Notes under the pieces: model-generated
The model's input: only the letters and a program-made list of their open reading frames with translations
Told to the model about the DNA's origin: nothing
Databases searched by the model: none
Made by a program: the position numbers and the translations under genes
Shown: positions 1 to 10,713 of the stretch, one piece after another
How positions within the stretch are numbered: the stretch's first letter is position 1
Layout: every line of letters begins with the position of its first letter
Assembly: GCA_964016885.1 (NCBI GenBank)
Contig: OZ024746.1
Location: forward strand, 70,928,001-70,992,000
Length of the DNA: 64,000 bases
Direction of reading: 5' to 3'
Source of the DNA: Eledone cirrhosa
Taxonomy: Eukaryota

Positions 1-1
1 G

Positions 2-285
2 TGGAGGTGCATGGCCTCATGGTAAGGGTGTTGGACTTATGATCATAATATCATGGGTTCACTTCCTGGACTGGGCTCTGTGTTGTGCTCTTGAGCAAAT
101 TGCTTCATTTCATGTTGCTCCAGTATACTCAGCTGAAAATGAATACCAGCAGTAGCTGAGGGTTTAATACTGTGATAGACTGGTGTCCTGCTTAGGGAAG
201 AGTCTTGTACTCTGTTGCTTCATGTCACAGAAACCGTGATAAACACCAGCCTGATAAGCCTCCAGATTCAAGATAAACTTTTGAC
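2..285 (+). mobile_element. Degenerate tRNA-derived SINE (older relative of SINE family A)
   Basis: Head ggaggtgcatggcctcatggtaagggtgttgg with a B-box-like ggttcact and core tgctcttgagcaaattgcttcatttcatgttgctccagt, similar to the young SINE copies elsewhere; an inverted relative lies at ~51905-52172. Confidence 0.6.
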
Positions 286-292
286 TTAAGAC

Positions 293-545
293 CATAGAAA
301 TAGTTGATAGCTTCTGTTATCTAGGGACCTAATTAGTAATAGAAGAGGTTGCTCTAAAAACATTGTAGCCAGAATAAAAATAGGTTGGAAAACGTTATGG
401 GAATTACTTTTTCTACTGGCAGTAAAGGATACTTTATAAGATGCCTGCATACAATGTGCAGTGTTGCATGACAATGCCTTGAATGTAGAAAATATACAAA
501 AGTTAGAAAGAACTGAAGCTTATATGCTTTACTAAATGTGTAATC
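293..545 (+). mobile_element. Decayed RTE LINE reverse-transcriptase fragment
   Basis: tagaaatagttgatagcttctgttatctagggacc...agaataaaaataggttggaaa is collinear with the RTE ORF at ~20015-20300 (EVVDSFRYLGD...RIRTGWK) but contains stops. Confidence 0.7.
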
Positions 546-610
546 TTATGTAAAATCGATGTTGATGACGTATTCATATCTATCTATACTCTCTCTCTCA
601 TTATATATAT

Positions 611-832
611 ATAGTTATGTAATAAACAACATAAGGCAATTATTCCATTTACCAGTGGTTTCTTAAAAGCAAAAAATTTTGCTTTCAATCCTCAGAATGA
701 AAAAATCCTGAATTCAAATTCAATAAACAGACCAGGATTTTTTCATTCTGAGGATTGAAAGCAAAGTTTTTTGCTTTTAAGAAACCACTGGTAAATGGAA
801 TAATTGCCTTATGTTGTTTATTACATAACTAT
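611..832. repeat. Long inverted repeat (100-bp arms 611-710 / 733-832, 22-bp spacer), Penelope-like element end
   Basis: Arms are reverse complements with one mismatch, each carries a hammerhead motif, and the element is bounded by (TA)n. Confidence 0.9.
741..800 (+). ncRNA. Type I hammerhead ribozyme motif (mirror copy on - strand ~643-702)
   Basis: Stem I TTTCATT/AATGGAA; core CTGAGGA (748-754); stem II TTGAAAGCAAA/TTTGCTTTTAA; GAAA (781-784); helix III ACCA-C-TGGT; predicted cleavage after GTA at 793. Confidence 0.8.
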
Positions 833-896
833 TAAGCTCTGTTACCTACATAGAGCACTCCTTTTTCCTGGACTTTTCCGACGGAATTACTTCATT

Positions 897-943
<47 letters not shown>

Positions 944-947
944 CATG

Positions 948-1270
948 TGAAGGCATATGGTTTAGTGGCTAGAGTGTTGGGTTTGCAATCATGAGGTTGT
1001 GAGTTCGATCCTCAGACCAGGTGATGCTTTGAGCAAGGCACTTTATTTCCTGTTGCTCCAGTTTACTCAGTTCTAGAAATAAGTTGCGACATCCAGTGCC
1101 CAGCTTTATTGGCCTTAGCGTTTCTCTTGACAACATCTGTGTCATGGAGAGAGGAGGCTGGTATGCATGGGTGACTGCTGGTCTTCTACAAACAACCTTG
1201 GCTGGACTTCTGCCTCAGAGGAGAGCTCTCTATGTGCAAATCCCATGGTCAATTGTGACCAAAGGGGGTC
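948..1270 (+). mobile_element. tRNA-derived SINE, diverged
   Basis: A box tggtttagtgg, B box gagttcgatcc, core ttgagcaaggcactttatttc. Confidence 0.7.
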
Positions 1271-1837
1271 TATATATAAAATATAATATTAGGTATAAAT
1301 CAAAGTTATGGCTGCACTAGGGCAGATACCATATATATATATGGTATGTAGAAAATTTGAGTTTTTCTTGGACCAACACAGTCACACCTGCCTCCACTCT
1401 GCCTCTTCATTAACTGGTACCTTTCTTGGTGCTCTTGATGATAATTGCACCTGCAATGGAGTGACTCTGCGCCTTGACAACCACATGTGTGAGCACACCA
1501 ATGTCATTGTGGAGTCAGACTAAATCCACTTTCTTATTGTGACAGTGCAGGTTGGTTGTCTTGGTATATCACCTTGAATGCCATCATGTGAATGAGTCTT
1601 CGAATGGCTGATTTCCTGTCACAACAGGAGCCTGCTGATCTCAACCATTGTGATAGAAATCTCCCAGCCAGGATAACCCTTTTCCCATATAGGGTGAAAT
1701 CATTAATCTAAGATGACATTTTATGTCTTTTTATTTAACTAGATTATGAAAACATACCAACCGCCACTGAAGTTATTCTCTTTTTTTCAAATATATTTTA
1801 CTTCACAAAGAATTTTCCTTATTTTTCACTATATATA

Positions 1838-1873
<36 letters not shown>

Positions 1874-2705
1874 GGCCTCCAAGAGAAACCAGGTATACCC
1901 AACTCCCACCTGTAGTGCAATGTCTGTACACCAGCCCAAACCTCCATTAATGCCTTTTCAGCAAGACCAAGGACACTGAACACCTTAGTACTGTAATGAA
2001 GTAGTAGTGCTGGTAGCATGACAAAACCACCCAGTCCACCCTGTAAGGTGGTAGTGTCGGAGTCATGATAAAATTCTCCCAGTACATGCTGAAAATTGGT
2101 TGACATTAGGAAGGGCATCCAGCTACAGAAATCATGCTCCCAGTACATGCTGTAAAGTGGTTGGCATTAAGAAGGGCACCCAGCTATAGAAACCAAGCCT
2201 AAATAAAGCACATGAGTAGGATCTAGTCACCTGACTGATATGGCCTCTGCAATTGACAGTAGTCTAACCCATGCCAGCATGGAAATTAGACATTAAACAA
2301 TGATGATGATGATGATGATACATATACACACACATATACAGATATATACAGATACACATACATTAGGATTCTACCAAATCAGGGTAGGATCTGTAACCGT
2401 TTTAGAACATAATGTGTTCATGTGAATATCCCATTGAAGCGAAGTGAAATCTGTTTTTGTTAAATGTTGTTGGATATTGAAAAGTACAGTAAGATACATG
2501 AAGTTAAACAATGAAAGAACAAGACAAGGTGAGGTAGTTAGTTAATCCATTGTTTTACAACCGTTTTAGAGAGCAAATTTATCGATGTACAGACTGGTTG
2601 ATAGCAGTTATGCCACTCCATATCATTAACCTTGAAAATGTGCATCCATTCTGCTGTCTACTCTACCTAGTCTTATTCTTTCATGTTTAACATAGTGTTT
2701 ATGTG

Positions 2706-2822
<117 letters not shown>

Positions 2823-2842
2823 ATAAAGTTGAAATAAAATGA

Positions 2843-3042
2843 AAACGAAATTTCATTTCTCACTCTTAGTACGGCACTTACTTAAATGTAAGTATGTGTG
2901 TATACGTACATACATATATGTATACAGACGTACAGTAGCATGCATATATATATATATATATATATACATATACATACAGGTACACATACATATATGCACG
3001 TATATATATATATATATAAGAGTGAGAAATGAAATTTCGTTT
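2843..3042. repeat. 26-bp inverted repeat flanking a microsatellite (MITE-like)
   Basis: aaacgaaatttcatttctcactctta (2843-2868) is the reverse complement of taagagtgagaaatgaaatttcgttt (3017-3042). Confidence 0.6.
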
Positions 3043-3052
3043 AATTCTTTTC

Positions 3053-3084
<32 letters not shown>

Positions 3085-3334
3085 TGATGATACACACATA
3101 TATATATACATACATACATACACACACACGTGTGTGTTTATATGTATGTATATGTGTGTGTGTATGTATGTCCCTCTCTCTCTATATATGTATGTATGTA
3201 TGTATACATATATAATTATGGGATAAAGCTTATTGAATAGAAGGAACACGGCTTCAGTTTCCTCACTCACACAGAAATTTAATTTAGTCTATATTATTAA
3301 AATTTGAACCCAATCGATTAGGGTGTAATCATTT

Positions 3335-3677
3335 CATCATCATCATCATTTCATTTTACGTCCGCTTTTTCCCTGCTTGCAAGGGTGGGACGGGAACTGA
3401 TTCCGGCTTGATTTCTACAGCTGGATGCCCTTCCTAACACCAACCTCATTTACAGTGAGTGCTGGGTGCTTTTTTGCCATTGCACCTCCACGACCACTTT
3501 ACAGTGGAATAATAGGGACCCCAGTCCCTATCATCTCATTTCTACAGCTGAGTAAACTGGAGTAATGTGAAATAAAGTGTCTTGCTCAAGGAAACAACAC
3601 ATCACCCGGTCTGAGAATTGAACTCACAACCTTTCGATTGCAAGGCCAATGCTCTAACCACTAAGCCATGTGCCTCC
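3335..3677 (-). mobile_element. Young tRNA-derived SINE, family A (RTE-type tail)
   Basis: Near-identical to copies at 4456, 9523, 22268 and 24510; A/B boxes, CORE-like central segment, 3' tail identical to the RTE LINE end plus (ATG)n. Confidence 0.9.
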
Positions 3678-4305
3678 ATACATTAATCAGTGAGGAAGAC
3701 GACTTTGTGTGGGTAGGAAAATTGAGATACCAGGACCAATGCCCCAGTTTCTAGTATTCTGAATGGAATGACAATGTGTAGAAATTAGGTAATGTTAGTG
3801 TGCATTATGTAAGTAGGCAGGAATAGCATCATCAGCAGGAGTTCACCTCCTTGTAATGGAAAATTTCATATGGCGTGCTAGTACATCCCATTACTGGACA
3901 CAAGTGAATGTAGTAGTAGTCTTCAAATTTCAGTGACGTGTGATGTCTCAACAAAGATAAGATAAGCCAGGCCTGACAATTTACAGGGAACATTCATTGG
4001 CGTTGATTCAAATCGAAGAAAAATGACAATGCCAAAAGCACTCTACCAAGGTGTTTTCATATAGATAACAAAGACAGGGTAGCAAACAATAAATAAATTG
4101 AACTAGAATAAACAAAGTGAGAAAGTTCAATGCAGTTTAGTCCCCTGGGAGTTAAAATAATTATGGGATGAAGCTTATCGAATAGGATGGACACAGCTTT
4201 GATTGTTTCCTCTCTCACTCGATAATTCAATTAAGTCCATATTATTAAAATTCAAACCCAACCGATTAGAGTGTACGCATACGTTACTCAGTGTGTATAC
4301 ATGGT

Positions 4306-4358
<53 letters not shown>

Positions 4359-4376
4359 ATTTATATATATATATAT

Positions 4377-4445
4377 CATCATCATCATCATTTCATTTTA
4401 CGTCCGCTTTTTCCCTGCTTGCAAGGGTGGGACGGGAACTGATTC
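4377..4445 (-). mobile_element. 5'-truncated SINE A tail
   Basis: catcat...ttttacgtccgctttttccctgcttgcaagggtgggacgggaactgattc matches the SINE A 3' end. Confidence 0.85.
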
Positions 4446-4455
4446 ATATATATAT

Positions 4456-4799
4456 GGAGGCACATGGCTTAGTGGTTAGAGCATTGGCCTTGCAATCGAA
4501 AGGTTGTGAGTTCAATTCTCAGACCGGGTGATGTGTTGTTTCCTTGAGCAAGACACTTTATTTCACATTGCTCCAGTTTACTCAGCTGTAGAAATGAGAT
4601 GATAGGGACTGGAGTCCCTATCATTCCACTGCAAAGTGGTCGTGGAGGTGCCACGGCAAAAAAACACCCAGCACTCACTGTAAATGAGGTTGGTGTTAGG
4701 AAGGGCATCCAGCTGTAGAAATCAAGCCAGAATCAGTTCCCGTCCCACCCTTGCAAGCAGGGAAAAAGCGGACGTAAAATGAAATGATGATGAAATGAA

Positions 4800-4803
<4 letters not shown>
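4456..4803 (+). mobile_element. Young SINE family A
   Basis: ggaggcacatggcttagtggttagagc...gagttcaattc...cccgtcccacccttgcaagcagggaaaaagcggacgtaaaatgaaatgatg. Confidence 0.9.
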
Positions 4804-5638
<835 letters not shown>

Positions 5639-5813
5639 GGAGAAAGTCTGGTATTTACCAGACTAAAAAAACTCTTACATTAGAAATAGCCACCGAAACG
5701 GCTTGAGCTCTGCCGTCGGGGTCATACTTTCTTCTATTACCCACTCTACTACCCTAAGTATTGAGTACTCTGGTGCGTTATGGTCCATCTGGTTCCTTAT
5801 CACAACTCCTTCG

Positions 5814-5871
<58 letters not shown>

Positions 5872-6009
5872 GTGCATATATATACTCTTTTACCTGTTTC
5901 AACTGACTTGCCAAGGTCATGCTGGAACATCACCATTGTCGTCACACTTTCTATAACTAGCCTTCCTTGGATGACCATTGATGTAAGAGGAAGTTTGTTA
6001 CTGCTGCCC

Positions 6010-6787
6010 TTGTTTGTACCTTGTCTTGAGCTTTGGGTTAATTTCAGATCTTGATTAGCAGAATGTGGAGATGCTTCTTGAAAATATCTACATCCATACC
6101 ATACAGATCTCTCAGTTTTTTTGGCAAAGTTTAGTGTTAGTTTTTCCAGCATCTTCCAGGTGTATATCTCTGCATATCTCTCCTGTCTTCATTCCAGGGA
6201 GTAGAGCTTTATTTCTTCCAGCCCCTCCCTGTCGCTCATCTTCTTCATTGAGGCAATTTTCTAGGTGTAGCTTCATTGGATTGCTTCAAGTTCTGCAGTT
6301 AATTTGACATAGTGGGTTGACCACAGCTGAGATCAATAATCCAGTTGGCTGGGGATAAATGTCTTCCTGAGGCCCAACATGGTTTTCTCGTTTCTTGTCC
6401 TGAATGTCTTCAGAATCCAACCTACCAGTCTTCTGCACATTGCCATAATTTTGGTGATGCATGCATGAAACGATGTATCATTGCTCATGTCAATACCCAG
6501 ATCCTGTATTGATTTCGACTCTTGGATTTCTATTCCCCCTAGTCCCGTGTAGTTTTGTTGTAGTGGCATTGTGTTTACGGGTTGATAGCAGAGGGCTTGA
6601 AATTTTCTGGCATTAAATTGCATATTGTTGTCCTCAGCCCATTTGTATATGGCAGGTAATCATGTTGTAAGAGAGTGACGTCAGTCAGTTTCTTGATTGT
6701 CTGTGCTACTTTCATGTTATCAGCATAATTAGTGAGGGAGGCTGCCTGTACTATGGAGGGCATGTCAGACAGAGCCAACACAAACAA
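6010..6787 (-). mobile_element. CR1-type LINE RT fragment (frameshifted)
   Basis: Translations LALSDMP...YADNMKV and MQFNARKFQAL...IQDLGIDMSND...ILKTFRTR...SQLDY are typical CR1-clade RT domains 5-7 and downstream. Confidence 0.75.
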
Positions 6788-7130
6788 AAGGAAGATGCAC
6801 TTATCCCACTCAGTAAAATTGTAGTGCTAGTGCCACAAAAAAAGCACCCAGTCCACCCTGTCATGTATGCCAAACCAAAACGAACCTGATATTTGTCATA
6901 AAGGGGTTGGTATTAGGAAGGGCATCCAGCTGTAGAAATGCCAAAATAGAATATATGTACAAGACAGTCATCTGATCTGCCTGTCAAGCGTCAGTGTGGC
7001 AACCTGTCCAACCATTGTAAGCATAGAAAATAGATATGAAATGGTGGTGATGATGATACACACACACACACATTCATATATATGTGTATATACATACTTA
7101 AACTTACACACACACATATACATACATAAA

Positions 7131-7322
7131 TAATTGTTTCTACTTTTGGCACAAGGCCAGCTATCACCCCAGTGTATTACTGGTACTTTATTTTATCGCC
7201 CCCGTAAGGATGAAAGGCAAAGTTAACCTCGGCGGGATTTGAACTCAGGATGGCAAGGGCCGTAACTCTATGTGTCAAAGCATGGCGTCCGACCCTCTAC
7301 TGATACTGCCAATCCACCGCCC
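7131..7322 (-). mobile_element. SINE family C
   Basis: Shares gagttcaaatcccgccgaggttaactttgcctttcatccttacggg...ataaaataaagtaccag...ctggccttgtgccaaaagtagaaacaatt with copies at 10510, 29665, 50575, 52621 and 55386. Confidence 0.85.
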
Positions 7323-8619
7323 ACATACATAAATAATAGTGGTTCGGATGTTTTGCTCACGATTGTAAGGTCAGAATTTTTATTCTTAGACCAGATAGTG
7401 TGTTGTCCTTGAGCAAGACAGTTTATTTCATGTTGCTTCAGTCCTCCCAACTAACAAAAATGAGTTGTACCTGTAAATATAAGGGCCAACCTTTTCACAC
7501 ATTGTGTTATGCTGAATCTCCCTGAGAACTATGTTTGTCGAATGCTCAGCCATGTACACATTAATTTCATGAGCAAACAGTTTTGCTGTTTGAATCAACT
7601 AGAACACTCATTGTTGGAAATGACGATAGCCATATTAAATATGCACATATCGATATCAGTATAAAAGATTGGCATTGGCTATGATTGGCTGGCTGGTCAG
7701 CATATTCAACTCTCTCTTTGGCTACGTATAGACGTTCATCTATAGAAATTAACATAGCGATGCTGATGATGTTGATAATGATGATGGTCTTTAGCATCAT
7801 CATTATTGTTGTTGTTGTTTGGTTCTGCATTGCAACAATAATTTTGCAAGAAACATATGCCAAACGCCATAACAAACTTACTTATGCAGGCATACAGACA
7901 TACCCACTAATTCTCTCACACAGGCAATAGCGCACACATACACACACACATATATGTGTGTGTGTATGTCTATATCTATATGTATATTATCATCATCATT
8001 TAATGTCCGTTTTTTATCCATGTGGCCATGGGCTGGAGGGGTTGTCACAGACCAAGTCAGTACTTAAGCAGAGCTCCTGATCTCCCAACAGGCTGAGGGT
8101 CTGCAACTCTTTCAGATACATTTCAGTTTTGGCATAGGTTTCACAAATGGATGCTCTTCCCATCAACCACCACTTTACAGCACAATCATGGTATCAGCTC
8201 AAAGGAGTTTGTCATGTCCTTGACACTATTAAAGGATTCTTTAGTTGTGCCAATGGCATTACTCACTCAATGCTGGTGTCATGATAAAATGATCCCAGTG
8301 CACTCTGGTCAATGCAGGACTGTATGTAGATGTGCCTTCCGCTACCCCATCTTGTCTGAGAGATCAGTGGTCTTTCTTGAGTTGATCCGTGATAACCTGT
8401 CTAACTCATGCTAGCAAGGAAAAACAAACATTAAATGATGATTATAATATATATCTATATTGTCATCTCTGTAACTTTTCCCATGCTAGTATTTGGTGGG
8501 GCAAGATTTTTTTCAAGGCAGTATTTCTATGGCTAGGTGCCCTTCCTGACACCAACCCATATGTATGTGTGCATGTGTATAAAAGTACACATATGTATGT
8601 ATGTGTATGTGTATATATA

Positions 8620-9075
8620 TCATCATCATCATCATCATCATCGTTTAACGTCCATCTTCCACGCTTGCATGGGTTTGGACGGGAGTTTTCCCACTTGAGG
8701 CAAGATTTGTTGTCCTGCTCGTATAGGACTGTCTGGCGGGTTTTCTACGGCTGGATGCCCTTCCTAACACCAACCACGTTTACAGTGTGGACTGGGAGGT
8801 TTTTTCCGTGTTACCTACACGGCCACATTACAGCGTGGACTGTGTGTTTTTTTGTCGTGACACCTACACGACCTCACTTGTTTCGGACTGGATGTTGTGG
8901 TACCAACATAACTTCACATTTAAGGGGGTGGTGTGGATGGGGTGGGGGTAGTGGGATGGGGGTGTATTTTGTTAGAGGTGGGTGCCTACTGACTGTAGGT
9001 TTCGCTTTGTACTTAGGCAAGGCGGGTCTTCTGTATGACTGTGTAGCGCCAAAGATCTCGGTCCAGTGACATTGT
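8620..9075 (-). mobile_element. Non-autonomous retroelement family B ((GAT)n tail)
   Basis: Homologous to 26660-27222, 28963-29343 and 44942-45134; tail ccatgcaagcgtggaagatggacgttaaacgatgatg. Confidence 0.85.
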
Positions 9076-9470
9076 ATATATATATATAAATATAAATTTA
9101 GCGAGAATCGCATTTCGGCAGGTAGAAATTAGCGAAACGCCACTTCCGTATTGTGTAGACAAGCGCTCTATGGATATATGAAGATACCAGAGCTATAAAC
9201 ATAGGTTAAAAAGGTCATACAAACTGAGATGATGGTTAAGAAGCCATTAACCACCTGAGCCATATATATATATATGCTAGCATGGGAGATCTTAAAATAC
9301 ACTTGAGAACACACAGCCAGAACAAAACAATGGAAAGTCCCAGAGGATCCTAGAGTTGCCATGTACGTGCCAGAGGGTGCCACTCTTTGGCTGGTTTAAA
9401 GAACCACATTCATGCCTCACATTTTTGAGCATTTTATCGGGCAATGGCAATGCTCAAACACGAGTTTGCA

Positions 9471-9522
<52 letters not shown>

Positions 9523-9524
<2 letters not shown>

Positions 9525-9861
9525 TTCATCATTTTATTTTATGTCCGCTTTTTCCCCTGCTTGCAAGGGTGGGACGGGAACGGATTCTGGCTTGATTTCT
9601 ACAGCTGGATGCCCTTCCTAACACCAACCTCATTTACAGTGAGTGCTGGGTGCTTTTTTGCCGTGGCACCTCCATGACCACTTTGCAGTGGAATGATATG
9701 AACCCCAGTCCCTATCATCACATTTCTACAGCTGAGTAAACTGGAGCAATGTGAAATAAAGTGTCTTGCTCAAGGAAACAACACATCACCCGGTCTGAGA
9801 ATTGAACTCACAACCTTTCGATTACAAGGCCAATGCTCTAACCACTAAGCCATGTGCCTCC
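9523..9861 (-). mobile_element. Young SINE family A
   Basis: Near-identical to 3335-3677; flanked by (TA)n. Confidence 0.9.
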
Positions 9862-9903
9862 ATTATATATATATATATATATATATTTAAAAAAAAAAAA
9901 TAT

Positions 9904-9934
<31 letters not shown>

Positions 9935-9988
9935 TATATATTTATATTTATATATATATGCACATGTATTTTTGCATACACACACATG

Positions 9989-10182
9989 TATGAGGGTTAG
10001 GTGAAAATTCATAGGCTTACCAGGATGCTCTCATGGAATGATCAAATGAGATTTATTTTTCAAAATTATCCCTGGAAAGAAACAACGTAGCTATTAATAA
10101 GAAGAGTTGAAATTAATGCATACAAGATTTCACAGCTTTAGCATCAATCCTTCATAGTCAGCCAATGAACCTTTGAGCCAAC

Positions 10183-10186
<4 letters not shown>
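9989..10186. mobile_element. Degenerate mariner-type MITE
   Basis: Imperfect terminal inverted repeats tatgagggttaggtgaaaattcataggc / gccaatgaacctttgagccaacctgta with TA at the ends. Confidence 0.4.
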
Positions 10187-10233
<47 letters not shown>

Positions 10234-10509
10234 TAAAATTAGTCCTTAATCAGTGATCTTCCAGCCTTCATATAATCAAGAACACAGCAGTCCAATTAAA
10301 CAAAACCATACAACAGTGGGATTATTAAAAACCTTTTTATTGTAGCAAGTTAGTAGTTTCTGGTTGTTAATGTTTGTAAAGCTATGGTTTATATGTATTT
10401 AATTGTCTTATTATAACATCTCACTGACATGTGTGATGACATCACTTCTGCTGAATTTTAACAATTGACTCAGCTGTTAATGTTTCCATTATGCTGGTTT
10501 TATGATGAG

Positions 10510-10713
10510 TGCGGTGGATTTGCAGTATCGATAGTGCCAGACAATATGTTTCGCAGTACAGAGTTACGGCCCTTTACGTTCCGAGTTTAGCTTTGCCTTT
10601 CATCCTTGCGAGGTCGATAAAATAAAGCACCAGTGATCCACTGGGGTCGATTTTAATCGACTTTCCTCTCCCCTTCAAATTACTGGCCTTGTGTCTAAAG
10701 TAGAAACAATTAT
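10510..10713 (+). mobile_element. SINE family C abutting the minisatellite
   Basis: gagttacggccc...tttgcctttcatcc...gataaaataaagcaccag...ctggccttgtgtctaaagtagaaacaatt. Confidence 0.8.

Noticed and set aside
4456-4530. tRNA gene
   Set aside because: A/B boxes belong to the SINE head and continue into the SINE body; no proper acceptor stem.
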